DNA of 64,000 nt from an uncultured virus (IMG/VR IMGVR_UViG_3300029903_000001) (taxonomy: Duplodnaviria > Heunggongvirae > Uroviricota > Caudoviricetes), in IMG/VR virus record IMGVR_UViG_3300029903_000001; one strand, 5' to 3'. The notes under the pieces are model-generated. The model was not told where the DNA came from and made no database searches. It was given only the letters and a program-made list of their open reading frames with translations. The translations under genes were made by a program, and so were the position numbers. Below are positions 27,879-37,712 of the stretch, in pieces. The first letter of the stretch is position 1; each line of letters begins with the position of its first letter.

Positions 27879-29525
27879 CTAAAAATCACCGTTACGTATC
27901 GCCTGCAACATTATGCCTTGCATAGACGTGTTGCTCTCCAGGCGATCGAATATCTCTTCCTCCAGCTTGTTGGACACCAGCTGGAAGCAGTTTGTCGGGT
28001 ATTTCTGGCCCGGGCGCCGCAAACGCGCATTGCCCTGCACCCATAACTCGGCCTTGTCGGTAGCCCCGAACCACACGCAGGTATCCGCTACCACGAACTC
28101 GTTGATTCCGTGCGCGGTCACCCCGGGATCGACGACGATCGCCTTGAAGTCCGGCTCGCCGGCGAACGCCTGGATGATCTTCTGCCGGGCACCTTTCTGG
28201 TCGACCTCACCGTTGATGAAGTCGCAGGTGTAGGGCAGTTCCGCCTTCTTCCACACCGCGCGCAGGTACTTCACGACAATGTGTACTACCGAGGTGATCG
28301 GGACAAAAATGACGACCTTCCGCTCGGTGCTCTCGATGATCTCCTCCAGCTCCTTGTACCGCGGTGCGGCGTCGACCAGATGGGCGAAGTGGTCGCCATC
28401 GTACACCGCACCCAGAGACAGCTGGATCAGCTTCTGGCGGGCGGCCGACTCGTTCATGGCGGTGATCGCCTGCCCGGACCGCACGATCAGCTGAAGCTCG
28501 TTCTTGAGCTTCTTCATGTGCTCCTTCTGCTCGGCGGTAAGGTCGACCCGCCGGCGCTGGACCGTCATCGGGGGGCCATCCCACACGTCTTCCAGCGCGA
28601 ACCGGACCGCCGGCGACAGCAGCCGCTTGGCCTTGGCGTAGCCGTCCTTCTGCGGCACCCACTTGAAATCGCTGACCTTGATCATGGTTTCCATCTGGAA
28701 CCGCTTGAACGACTTCCCGTAGGCGTCGTTGGACAGTTTTGCCATCCCGTAGGCGTCGGTCGGCCGGTTGGGCGTCGGCGAGCCGGTCAGCTGCCACAGC
28801 CAGCGCTTCTTGCCGAATATCAGCGTGGCGCAGGCGTGCCGGATGGTGTCGACCGCCTTGAAGCTGGAAGCCTCGTCGATGATCACCATCTTGATGTCGT
28901 CGCGCGCCGCCAGCGCCGCGGAGAACCCATCCAGGGTGACCGGCTTCTGCCACGGCCGGTTCTTGTCCACCTTGCGCCGGATGTGCGCACCGACCTTCAG
29001 GCCGTCGGGGTTGACGATGTAGCAATCGACGTCCTTCTCCAATTGCTTCATCCGCTTGTCGCCGTCGCCGATCAGCAGCGCATAGGTGCGCCGAGTGAGA
29101 AAGTTCCGGAAGATGGCGGCGGCCCAGACCGTGTCGATCAAGGTCAGGGGGGCAATGATCAGCGCGCGGAAGGTGCCGGGCGGATGCTGCTGCATCAGGA
29201 AGTCCATGGCCCACAGCGTGGACAGCGTCTTCATGGTGCCGGGATCACCCAGGTTAAAGCAACGCGGGTGCAGGGCCTGGAAATTTGCGTAAATCTTCTG
29301 GTGCGGCAGGGGGGTCTTGCCCGGCTCGATCGGGAAGTCGTAGTCCTGCATCGGCGCCGGCGTGGGGAAATTATACCAGGCCAGCACCTGGAGGTTGGCG
29401 AGCGACCGGGGAACGGCGAAATAGGAGCCGTTCAGGGGCTTCAGATCGGGAATGTATTGCGCGAGGACGCCGGGCTGGCCGGGGTAGATGACGTGATCGT
29501 CGTGGAGCCAGAAACTAGCCGTCAT
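27879..29525 (-). CDS. SNF2-like superfamily 2 helicase
   Basis: GDPGTMKT (motif I), IIDEAS (II), LTGSPTPN (III), QGNARLRRPGQ (VI). Confidence 0.85.
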   Translation of the reverse strand: MTASFWLHDDHVIYPGQPGVLAQYIPDLKPLNGSYFAVPRSLANLQVLAWYNFPTPAPMQDYDFPIEPGKTPLPHQKIYANFQALHPRCFNLGDPGTMKTLSTLWAMDFLMQQHPPGTFRALIIAPLTLIDTVWAAAIFRNFLTRRTYALLIGDGDKRMKQLEKDVDCYIVNPDGLKVGAHIRRKVDKNRPWQKPVTLDGFSAALAARDDIKMVIIDEASSFKAVDTIRHACATLIFGKKRWLWQLTGSPTPNRPTDAYGMAKLSNDAYGKSFKRFQMETMIKVSDFKWVPQKDGYAKAKRLLSPAVRFALEDVWDGPPMTVQRRRVDLTAEQKEHMKKLKNELQLIVRSGQAITAMNESAARQKLIQLSLGAVYDGDHFAHLVDAAPRYKELEEIIESTERKVVIFVPITSVVHIVVKYLRAVWKKAELPYTCDFINGEVDQKGARQKIIQAFAGEPDFKAIVVDPGVTAHGINEFVVADTCVWFGATDKAELWVQGNARLRRPGQKYPTNCFQLVSNKLEEEIFDRLESNTSMQGIMLQAIRNGDF

Positions 29526-30282
29526 AACAGCCGCACGGTTCTTCGTCGAACGGGTCTTCATCTACTGTGAAGTTGTGATCTTTCAACACATCGGCCCATG
29601 CAAAACGCCGTCCGAGTCCTTTTACTTTTTTGCTGTAAGCAGCACCGGCCTCTTCGATCGCCAAAGCGCGCAATGCCAATTCTGGATGCTTAGTAGCAAG
29701 ATCGAGAATTTCCGGCTTCTTGGCGTGCGGGCAGAAGAAACAGGCAGACTTGCCGGGCAACGGAAGCCCAACATGTTTTATGATCTCGATGCACTGTGTT
29801 TTGCCGATGCCCCACTCTATCAGCGGGTAACGAAATTTGAATTTTTCGTCTTCGCCAAAACGAGCCCGCTTTGTTTCGTCGAAGTTATACCCGATCACCT
29901 TCGTCACCTTGCGGCCGGCTTTCCACTCCGCTTTGCATGTGGGATCGTTGTTGGCCCATCTGTTTTGTGGCTCAACTTTATATTTCTGACTGCACGTCTT
30001 CCAGCCGTAGGCAACGGAAGGCAAATAGCCACGATCCAAACAGTCCTGCTCAAGCGACTTCCATGTTTTGTCGCGTCGAGCGCGACGCACGATCTGAATA
30101 GGCGGCCACCCGTATTGCTGGATAAATTCAGAAAAAGTTTTGATGTGTGCGTAGGTGTGCGGTCGTTCCCCACCAGTGTCCGCGTTGAGGATTGCGTGCG
30201 GAGGCGGCTCGCGCTTTGCCATCATCATTAAAATAGCGGCCGTGGAATCAGTACCGCCGCCATAAGCAATAATTGTCGTCAA
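29515..30282 (-). CDS. Phosphoadenosine phosphosulfate reductase-family protein
   Basis: TTG start; YGGGTDS PP-loop, ADTGGE, RYPL and KSACFFCP; lower GC. Confidence 0.75.
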   Translation of the reverse strand: MTTIIAYGGGTDSTAAILMMMAKREPPPHAILNADTGGERPHTYAHIKTFSEFIQQYGWPPIQIVRRARRDKTWKSLEQDCLDRGYLPSVAYGWKTCSQKYKVEPQNRWANNDPTCKAEWKAGRKVTKVIGYNFDETKRARFGEDEKFKFRYPLIEWGIGKTQCIEIIKHVGLPLPGKSACFFCPHAKKPEILDLATKHPELALRALAIEEAGAAYSKKVKGLGRRFAWADVLKDHNFTVDEDPFDEEPCGCYDG

Positions 30283-30590
30283 GTAACAATCCCCCTCACC
30301 GCCAACCAGTCTCTCAACACCTGGATCACCACTTCCGCGGTGCCGGCAACCGCGTGCCCGCCGGCCGCGCGCACCTCGTTCATGCGGCGGACCTGGATCG
30401 CTGTCGGAAGTTTGCCCGGGCGCTTGACTTCGATCGACCAGAACGCCCCGCACAGGCAGACCAGCTTGTCGCCGACGCCCGACTTTCCGAACCCGGCGGT
30501 GTACGGGTTGAACCACCAGGCGACAGCCGGACCGAGCCCCTTCAGGAAGGCGTCGATTTCGGCTTTTTCGTAGGATTCGGGGGTTTTCAT
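30279..30590 (-). CDS. VRR-NUC nuclease
   Basis: GVGD...IEVKRPGK.PT..Q motif. Confidence 0.8.
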   Translation of the reverse strand: MKTPESYEKAEIDAFLKGLGPAVAWWFNPYTAGFGKSGVGDKLVCLCGAFWSIEVKRPGKLPTAIQVRRMNEVRAAGGHAVAGTAEVVIQVLRDWLAVRGIVT

Positions 30591-30757
30591 CTGCGCACCA
30601 ACAGCACGCAAAGGCGGTCTCCAGGCTTCAGGTTATCGAGAAATTCCAAGTACTTGCGCTGCACTGGGGTCAACTTGAATGGCTCACCATTCACTGTGAG
30701 GCAGTGCTCTGCAAAATACGCGAAGTCTGTTTTTGCGCGTTCCAGATCAACGCTCAT
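30587..30757 (-). CDS. Small protein resembling the N-terminus of terminase large subunits
   Basis: DFAYFAEHCL..PFKLTPVQ; GGAG RBS. Confidence 0.45.
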   Translation of the reverse strand: MSVDLERAKTDFAYFAEHCLTVNGEPFKLTPVQRKYLEFLDNLKPGDRLCVLLVRR

Positions 30758-31485
30758 TTCGCCCTCGCGTCGTGCCAGTTGACGCAATCCTTCACACCGC
30801 ACCAGCCGCACAGCGGCGTCTTGTTCTTGGGCCACTCGCCGTCCTTCATGGCGTCCTCGATCGCCTCGACCTTGTTGTTGATCTTGGCCCACGCCGAGCG
30901 GGTGTCCGACAGGTCGTGCACCTGCCCGACCCGGTTTTCCTTGAGCCAGACAAAGTTGCCCGCGATCTTCGTCAGATACGGGTTCATCGGATGCAGCATC
31001 ACCGCCTGGCATTCGAGTTCGAACGGATCTTCGTACTTGCTGGAACCTGTTTTCCAGTCGGAAATAAAACAGGCGGTGTCATTGATGATGGTGGTGTCGA
31101 TTTTTCCGCGTAGGAACACGCCGTCACCCCAGAAACCAACCGGCTTGCCCTTCCGGTCGACACCGACCTTCAGCTCGGGGCGGGCCTTGCGGTCGACGTA
31201 GGCCGCCACCAGCGGCTCCCAGTGGACCATGTCCCGCGGCAGGGGCTTGCCGCCGAGGCGGTGCTCCATCGCGGTGTGGACGGCGTTGCCCCACTTGATT
31301 TCCGGCGTCTCGTCGAACGGGATATCCCGCACGATGTACTGCCGGTAACACTTGTACATGCAGGTGTCGGCGGTCTTCAGGAGCGTGAAGCTGTACACAA
31401 CCGGCTTTGGCTGCGCCGAGGGTTGAGGCATCTTGTTGTCCTTGTCTCGGCGCAGGAAGTCGGGGATGTCGAGCGAGTCGCTCAC
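30754..31485 (-). CDS. PD-(D/E)XK (Cas4/RecB-like) exonuclease
   Basis: GNAVH, GKID, DWKTG motifs and C-terminal CGWC...C. Confidence 0.8.
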   Translation of the reverse strand: MSDSLDIPDFLRRDKDNKMPQPSAQPKPVVYSFTLLKTADTCMYKCYRQYIVRDIPFDETPEIKWGNAVHTAMEHRLGGKPLPRDMVHWEPLVAAYVDRKARPELKVGVDRKGKPVGFWGDGVFLRGKIDTTIINDTACFISDWKTGSSKYEDPFELECQAVMLHPMNPYLTKIAGNFVWLKENRVGQVHDLSDTRSAWAKINNKVEAIEDAMKDGEWPKNKTPLCGWCGVKDCVNWHDARAK

Positions 31486-31487
31486 GG

Positions 31488-31811
31488 CTATGCCAGCTGC
31501 CCCGCACGCGTCAGAATTCGCCTCTTGGCGTCGGCGTCGTGCCTGCCCAGCAAAGACAGGATCGACAGCACCGTCTCGGCTTCGATGGGCTTGGGGGCGA
31601 TCTGTTCGACGCGCGGGTGCGCGGCACGATACGCCTTGGTGCGCTTGTCGGCCTTCGCGCGGCGCTTAGGCGTCTTTGCGCGGCGCGTAGGCGAGATAGT
31701 CGATTTCCGCGTTCGTGAGTTCGCGCGCCGTGCGGGCTTCCTTCGGCTTTTCCGCGGCGCCGGCGCCTCCGGTACTGTCGGGGCCTCGAAGTCGGGCAGG
31801 GTCTCGGTCAT
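31488..31811 (-). CDS. Basic Arg/Lys-rich hypothetical protein
   Basis: AAGGAG RBS; 107 aa. Confidence 0.5.
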   Translation of the reverse strand: MTETLPDFEAPTVPEAPAPRKSRRKPARRANSRTRKSTISPTRRAKTPKRRAKADKRTKAYRAAHPRVEQIAPKPIEAETVLSILSLLGRHDADAKRRILTRAGQLA

Positions 31812-31937
31812 CGGGTTTCTCCTTGGGCATGCGCTTGATCAGCGCGGCAATCAGGGCTTCCAGCTCCTGAACTTGGGTGAGCGGGTTGATAATCGCCCGC
31901 ACGTTGATGTTCGGTTCGTCGTCGACGAGGGTCCAAG

Positions 31938-32342
31938 TCATACCCGGAACCTGCGAAGGATCATGGTTTTAGCGTGCTCCATCGACGTGGCACGAGCGAC
32001 AACGGGGTGGTGCTGCCACGTACCGAAGTCGTCGCAGTCGCCGACTAGGATGGTAAGGATGCCCGCGCCGATCGCTATGCCCGCTTCAACCAGCGCACCG
32101 CGCAGTTTGTCTCGCTTCTCGCCGTACACAATAACAGCGTGCGACGTCTTTACGTCTTCTTCATCGACCTGCCAAAAAATATGGAAGTCTTCTGGAGATA
32201 AGCAGTGCTCTGGCGCCAACTCTAGCGCTGCTTGATCATGCCACCGTGCATGCAGGTCGATGCCGTCATGCAGCCACGTCGCGCGCGTTCTCTGGAAATC
32301 CTTCGCGTAGTGCAGCTTACTGGCAATATAGACTTTGATCAC
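31938..32342 (-). CDS. Nucleoside 2-deoxyribosyltransferase-like protein
   Basis: KVYIAS, D..DV and GALVEAGIA motifs; GTG start overlaps polymerase stop. Confidence 0.65.
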   Translation of the reverse strand: MIKVYIASKLHYAKDFQRTRATWLHDGIDLHARWHDQAALELAPEHCLSPEDFHIFWQVDEEDVKTSHAVIVYGEKRDKLRGALVEAGIAIGAGILTILVGDCDDFGTWQHHPVVARATSMEHAKTMILRRFRV

Positions 32343-34222
32343 CACGTCATCCTTTCGCCGATCCCCTTGAATTCCGCCGAGAGCGGGCACCCCGGCAGCC
32401 ACGCCGGGGTCCGGCTCATCTCCTCTATAATTATCCACTTGTGCTCTTCCAATTTACCGTCTTTCGGTATCAGCAACCATAACGAATCGTGTTTGGTGTT
32501 TTTGCATCGGTACCCCCTCTTTTTCAGCCGGATCATGGCCTGTGACACGACTACGCGCGCCAGGGCCTGAATCAAATTCTCGACCAACTTAGCGCCGTAC
32601 AGCTTGACCCAACCCTTGCGCGTTTTCAAGCGCCAATATCTGTCGCCGTCGTCCGGATCGGTAAAAAATTCGAGCGTGTCGTAAATCAATTGGATGCCGT
32701 TCGGCAGTACGATGCGCTTGGTGCCTTTGGCGGCGTCGCACAGCACGCGAAACGGACCCCACTGGTGGTCCACATTCCTTCCGCTGCCCATGGTTTCCAG
32801 CACACCCTCGGAAGTTCGCCAGTACGCAACTACATGCAAGTGTGTCGACCGATAAGCATCCCGCGCCTCGACCCCCTCGGCCGGCGTCAGGATGATCTCG
32901 CCCTTCGACCTGATCCGCACAGCGGACCGGATCTTGTTGCCGCCCGCGCCATAGCCCGCCATCAATTCCACGATCTTGCCGAGCGTGCGCTCCAGCGGGT
33001 GATCCTTCTTGTTGATCAGCCGCTTGTAAAACGCAATGGCAACCGCGACGTAGGGATCGGCGCCGGACCGGAACTCCTCGATTTTGTCCCACTGACCGGC
33101 GCAGTAGTTCAGCAACCGGCATTCGATCTGGCTGGCATCGGGCTCGCCGATCAGGTATCCATAAGGTGCGACAACGCCCGAATTGATGTCCGATCCAGAC
33201 GTCCAGTTCTGAAAATTTGTATCGTCCCCGCCCGACCAGCGGCTCGTATGAGCCCCACAGTAGTGCAGGTAAACGCACAAAGGTCCCCGGCTTGCCATCC
33301 AGCCCATCGTCGCCGACCGGGTCTGCAGCAGCGACGATTTCGTTCCCAGGCGAGCTTCCGCAAGAGCGCGCACCTCCGGATCTTCGTCGTTAAGACACTC
33401 CTCCATGAACGGGTCGGTCTTGGCGAACGCGAACTTGGTATTGCCCTTCTCGGTGATCTTGGTGTCCGGCTCGACCCCGCGGGCGCGCAGCAGTCTGGCG
33501 AACGTGTCGTCGGAGCCGAGGTCCTTGGCGGTCAGGTTCAGCCTGTCCAGCATCGGCTGTTTGCGGGTCGCTTCCTCTTGCCACACTTTTGCAAACACCG
33601 CGGCGTCGCCGATCAGCTCGGGCTGGGTGAACATCTTCACTGTTGAGTCCACAACCTCCAGCTCTTCTTGAGGGAAGCCCATCGCGAGGAGCTTCCCCAT
33701 GAGAGTCCAAATCGACTCAACCTCGTCAATCGCGCCCTCAGAGACTTGTCTACGGGTGGCTTCGTCGAGTTCAGCCCAGTGCTTTCCCTCGAACAGGTTG
33801 TAGGGAGTAGTTTTAGCCGGTAGGCCAAAATGCGATCGGACGGAATCGAGGGAGACAGAGATATGATTCCCGAGCAGCAGCCGCGCCATGGACAAAGTAC
33901 ATCCGTACATCGCAGGATGGACGCCGTAGTGGTGCGAAAGGGCCAAGCCGTCGAATTGTGCATGGTGATGGATAAGGAACACATCGGACCAATCCGTCTC
34001 CTTGGCGATATAGCGGAACTCGCGGTCGTCGTACCACTGCGGCAGCGTCTGGGCATCCCACTTGATGGCAATGCCGTGCATCTCGAATCGCTTGTCCCGA
34101 ACATAGGACTCGGTGTTCATCGACCGAATCGAATACGGATCGGGCGAGCCGTCCGGCTTGAAGCAACCGGCCAGGTTCTTCGGGTCGTAATACGATTCGA
34201 GGTCGGCGACAACGGGTCTCAC
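32339..34222 (-). CDS. Family A DNA polymerase with 3'-5' exonuclease domain
   Basis: DLESY (ExoI), AQFD (ExoII), TSRWSG, DASQIECR (A), RTLGKIVELMAGYG (B), ENLIQ, HDS (C). Confidence 0.9.
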   Translation of the reverse strand: MRPVVADLESYYDPKNLAGCFKPDGSPDPYSIRSMNTESYVRDKRFEMHGIAIKWDAQTLPQWYDDREFRYIAKETDWSDVFLIHHHAQFDGLALSHHYGVHPAMYGCTLSMARLLLGNHISVSLDSVRSHFGLPAKTTPYNLFEGKHWAELDEATRRQVSEGAIDEVESIWTLMGKLLAMGFPQEELEVVDSTVKMFTQPELIGDAAVFAKVWQEEATRKQPMLDRLNLTAKDLGSDDTFARLLRARGVEPDTKITEKGNTKFAFAKTDPFMEECLNDEDPEVRALAEARLGTKSSLLQTRSATMGWMASRGPLCVYLHYCGAHTSRWSGGDDTNFQNWTSGSDINSGVVAPYGYLIGEPDASQIECRLLNYCAGQWDKIEEFRSGADPYVAVAIAFYKRLINKKDHPLERTLGKIVELMAGYGAGGNKIRSAVRIRSKGEIILTPAEGVEARDAYRSTHLHVVAYWRTSEGVLETMGSGRNVDHQWGPFRVLCDAAKGTKRIVLPNGIQLIYDTLEFFTDPDDGDRYWRLKTRKGWVKLYGAKLVENLIQALARVVVSQAMIRLKKRGYRCKNTKHDSLWLLIPKDGKLEEHKWIIIEEMSRTPAWLPGCPLSAEFKGIGERMTW

Positions 34223-34611
34223 CGGTTCGCCCTCATCAGCCCATCGATTATCGGCAACAGCACCTCGTCGCTATCCTCGATCGTCTCGTCGGCGAACAAC
34301 AGCATCGGGATCCGCAAGATGTGGTTCGGGTGCGTCGGGTGATCGGGCCCGGTGCGCCAGACGACAATGCGGCGCCGGGACTCGTCGTGCGGGCCGAGCG
34401 ACCGGAACTGCAGCTCATCCTCGGCCAGGTACCGCACCGCCCGCTGCTTGTCCCGGTACGGCAGGCGCCCCATCGGCATGCGAATGCGGGACCGACGGTC
34501 CGGATGCTGGTTGAAGAACTGGGCGTCGGGGTCGTCGATCATTTCAGCCACCGATCGCCTCCAGTCTCCAGTTTGAATTGGGTCCGGTGCGCGTCGTGAT
34601 CTTGAGCCCAT
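34219..34611 (-). CDS. Hypothetical protein (start uncertain)
   Basis: Coupled to polymerase start; 'DAQFFNQHPDRRSRIR'. Confidence 0.5.
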   Translation of the reverse strand: MGSRSRRAPDPIQTGDWRRSVAEMIDDPDAQFFNQHPDRRSRIRMPMGRLPYRDKQRAVRYLAEDELQFRSLGPHDESRRRIVVWRTGPDHPTHPNHILRIPMLLFADETIEDSDEVLLPIIDGLMRANR

Positions 34612-34843
34612 GCTTCTGAAGCGCCGCGCTCATCATGTACTTCATGACGCTCAAACCCTTGGCACCGGTGCGCGGGGGCTTGCCGACGTATACTCTGTCA
34701 AGCAAGTCGTGCCCGCTGATACCGCGACGGCCCGCATCACTCAGTGCGACGAATACGCGACCTTGCATGTGCGTGAGGTCCAGCATGATCGCGATTTCGG
34801 GCAAGGGGTGCCCGCAGGCAGGACACACACAGGCTTTCACCAT
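34544..34843 (-). CDS. Zinc-ribbon plus winged-helix DNA-binding protein
   Basis: CPACGH followed by an OmpR-like winged-helix pattern. Confidence 0.55.
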   Translation of the reverse strand: MVKACVCPACGHPLPEIAIMLDLTHMQGRVFVALSDAGRRGISGHDLLDRVYVGKPPRTGAKGLSVMKYMMSAALQKHGLKITTRTGPNSNWRLEAIGG

Positions 34844-35058
34844 TCGAATACCCTCCCCGTCCGCAGCTGCGCGTCGATCCCCGCGCACACCATCTTGTAG
34901 CGCTGCATGACGAACTCCGAGTGCTCGATCCCCGGACGCTGGTAACCAGCCTCGAACTTGTAGATCATCGACAGCGTGTAACCGCTCAACTCGGCCAGTT
35001 GTTCCCGCGTAAGCTTGCGGCGCTCACGCCATGCCTTGGCGCGCTGGTGGGGTTTCAT
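34837..35058 (-). CDS. Cro/XRE-like HTH protein
   Basis: 'LTREQLAELSGYTLSMIYKFEAG'. Confidence 0.75.
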   Translation of the reverse strand: MKPHQRAKAWRERRKLTREQLAELSGYTLSMIYKFEAGYQRPGIEHSEFVMQRYKMVCAGIDAQLRTGRVFEW

Positions 35059-35207
35059 TCGTAATAATCCGTCTCGTCTTCATCAGGGTATCCGATGTTG
35101 CATGACTCGCAGTACCAGCCGGCGAAAATGCCACAATCCGGGTCCCAGCTCTCGTAACTGTCGGATATGTCCTGCCCGCACTTCGGGCACTCTTTGCAAC
35201 GCGCCAT
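35055..35207 (-). CDS. Small zinc-ribbon protein
   Basis: CPKC and CESC motifs; CAAGGGAAG RBS. Confidence 0.5.
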   Translation of the reverse strand: MARCKECPKCGQDISDSYESWDPDCGIFAGWYCESCNIGYPDEDETDYYE

Positions 35208-35459
35208 GTGAACTTCCCTTGTCAATGCGCAATTCATAACCCAATCCCACCGGCTTGTAAATAGCAGAATCACAAAATTTTGCAGGCTCGCAAAAACCCG
35301 CTTGACAGAAACACTTGGCAGGAACAGCTTGCCGATCCGCAAACGAATAGGCCGCCAGCGGGGGGTTGCTGGCGGCCTGGTCGACGAAGGCGCCCAAGGG
35401 GAATTAAACGCCATGACCCACATAGCATCCCCGACAACGCGCGGCAAGAGCTTCCTGCC

Positions 35460-37712
35460 GTGAATGCAAAGCTTGAGGCGGCGGTCGCATATAGCCGTCT
35501 TCATTGGCGTATTTTTCCGTGCCACTCGGTCGTTGACGGACGCTGCAGCTGCGGCAAGGCGAGCTGTAAATCACCGGGAAAGCACCCCCGAACCAAGCGA
35601 GGACTTCTCGATGCAACAGACGACGAATCAGTCATCAGACGGTACTGGACCCGCTGGCCGGACGCCAATATTGCCTTGGCCACCGGATCCGGCCTCGCCG
35701 TCTTCGACATCGACGGACCGGAAGGGGAAGCCGAGTTTAAGGCACTGCTGGCGGCGCACGGCCCACTTCCCGAGACGCTGGTCGCTCGAACGGGGCGAGG
35801 TTACCACCTTGTATTTTCAACACGCCCTGGCTCGCCTGAAGTTCGGTCTTCGGCGATGGGCAAAGTCCACGTCCGAGGCGAAGGGGGTTACATCATCGTC
35901 GCCCCCAGCGACCACGTCTCGGGACGGAAATATGAATGGGTGAAGAAGGTTTCACCTGCATCTTTACCCGATTGGTTAAGACAATGGAGCCAAGGGTACA
36001 ATGTTACAGCGAATGCCGTACAAACCGCGCAAAATAGTCCCTTTGAAGGTCTCGGTCCGCTACCGGCCCATTTGCAAATACATCAGCGACTCCATACCGA
36101 TGTCACTAAAAGTGCAGAAACAGCATTACGTACAGTATGGAGTCCCTCCGAAGAGGCGCGGCTGATCTCGGCGTTGTCTGCGATCCCCGCCGACCGGTAC
36201 GACTCGTGGTACCAGATAGGCATGGCGTTGCATGGGCTTGGCTGGGACCGCTCAGACGGAACTTCAATCGGGTTCGATATCTGGGACCGATGGAGCCAGA
36301 CCTGCCCGGAAAAATATGCGCTGGGCGCCTGCGAGGCGAAGTGGAAAAACTTCGACCGGTCGGCGCGCGGGGAACTGACGCTGGGGACGATCTACCACCT
36401 GGCGCGGCAGTCGGGCTGGAATGGCGGGGCCCCGGCAGTTACGACACCAGAGCCCCTGGTAGACGCCGCTCGCAAGCCCGCCTACCTTAACGGCCACGCC
36501 AACGGTGTCAACGTCCTTCCCGTGGCGTTCGGCGGGCTCAAGCCCATCATCTTCCCCGACGTGACCGAGGCGGGCCTGCCCAAGCCCACCTGCACCAACG
36601 CCGGCGTGGCGGTGACGGCGATGGGTATCGAATGCCGCAAGGACCTGTTCCACGAGAAGATGACCGTCGGCGGCCACATCATCAACCAGTGGGCGGGCGA
36701 TCTTTCGGATGAAGCCATCCAGATGATCCGCAAGCTGATCCGCCACCGCTTCGGGTTCGACCCCAAGACCGAGAACACGCGCGACGCCTGCACCCAGCTC
36801 TGCCTGGAGCACCAGTACGACCCCGTGCTCGACTACCTGGACGGCCTGCAGTGGGACGGCGAGCCCCGCCTGGACACCTGGCTGCAAACCTACATGGGAG
36901 CACCGGACACCGAGCTGAACCGCACCATCGGCCGCCTGACGCTGATTGCGTGCGTGCGCCGCGCCTACGCCCCCGGCACCAAGTTCGACCAGATCATCGT
37001 GTTCGAGTCGATGGAAGGGCGAGGCAAGTCCTCGGCGATCGAGATCCTGGCGGGACGTGAAAACTTCTCGGACCAGAACATCCTCGGCCTGCGTGGGCAG
37101 GAACAGCAGGAAGCCATGGCCGGGATCTGGCTGTATGAGATAGCCGACCTGACCGGCATGCGCAAAGCCGAGATCGACCACGTCAAGTCGTTCGCCAGCC
37201 GCAAAGTCGACCGCGCCCGCCCGGCCTATGGCCGCTTCCGCGTCGACCGCGCCCGCCGCACCGTGTTCTTCGCCACCACCAACGATGACGAATACCTGAA
37301 GAGCCAGACCGGCAACCGCCGCTTCTGGCCGGTCGTCATCGGCAAGGTCAACCTAGCCGCACTGGCGCGCGACCGCGATCAGCTGTGGGCCGAAGCCGCA
37401 ACGCGCGAGGCGGAGGGCGAGTCGATCAGCCTGCCCGAACGCCTATGGGGCGCGGCCGGCGAGGAGCAGGACCGGCGCAGGGAAGGGGACGAGTGGCTGG
37501 AGCCGATCGCGCAATACCTAGCCGCCAAGAAGGCCACCGACGTGACGGTGCTCGACGTCTTGTGCGACAACCAGTTCATCCGGCGCCAGCCCGACGCCGT
37601 GACCCGCGGCGATGCGATGCGCGCGGGCCGGATCCTCAAGGATCTGCGCTATTTCCGCTACCACAAGCGGATCGGTACCGGCTTTGCCTGGCGGTACCGA
37701 AAGCTCGATTAA
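35460..37712 (+). CDS. Bifunctional primase-polymerase + PriCT-2 + VirE/VapE-type helicase (start approximate)
   Basis: PGKHP, DID, RTGRGYH (Prim-Pol); WYQIGMALH (PriCT-2); PGTKFD, EGRGKSS, TTND, GNRRFWP (VirE). Confidence 0.9.
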   Translation: MNAKLEAAVAYSRLHWRIFPCHSVVDGRCSCGKASCKSPGKHPRTKRGLLDATDDESVIRRYWTRWPDANIALATGSGLAVFDIDGPEGEAEFKALLAAHGPLPETLVARTGRGYHLVFSTRPGSPEVRSSAMGKVHVRGEGGYIIVAPSDHVSGRKYEWVKKVSPASLPDWLRQWSQGYNVTANAVQTAQNSPFEGLGPLPAHLQIHQRLHTDVTKSAETALRTVWSPSEEARLISALSAIPADRYDSWYQIGMALHGLGWDRSDGTSIGFDIWDRWSQTCPEKYALGACEAKWKNFDRSARGELTLGTIYHLARQSGWNGGAPAVTTPEPLVDAARKPAYLNGHANGVNVLPVAFGGLKPIIFPDVTEAGLPKPTCTNAGVAVTAMGIECRKDLFHEKMTVGGHIINQWAGDLSDEAIQMIRKLIRHRFGFDPKTENTRDACTQLCLEHQYDPVLDYLDGLQWDGEPRLDTWLQTYMGAPDTELNRTIGRLTLIACVRRAYAPGTKFDQIIVFESMEGRGKSSAIEILAGRENFSDQNILGLRGQEQQEAMAGIWLYEIADLTGMRKAEIDHVKSFASRKVDRARPAYGRFRVDRARRTVFFATTNDDEYLKSQTGNRRFWPVVIGKVNLAALARDRDQLWAEAATREAEGESISLPERLWGAAGEEQDRRREGDEWLEPIAQYLAAKKATDVTVLDVLCDNQFIRRQPDAVTRGDAMRAGRILKDLRYFRYHKRIGTGFAWRYRKLD

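Noticed and set aside
30754..31485. Cas4-like nuclease as evidence of CRISPR-Cas
   Set aside because: No array or other cas genes; such exonucleases are routine in phage replication modules
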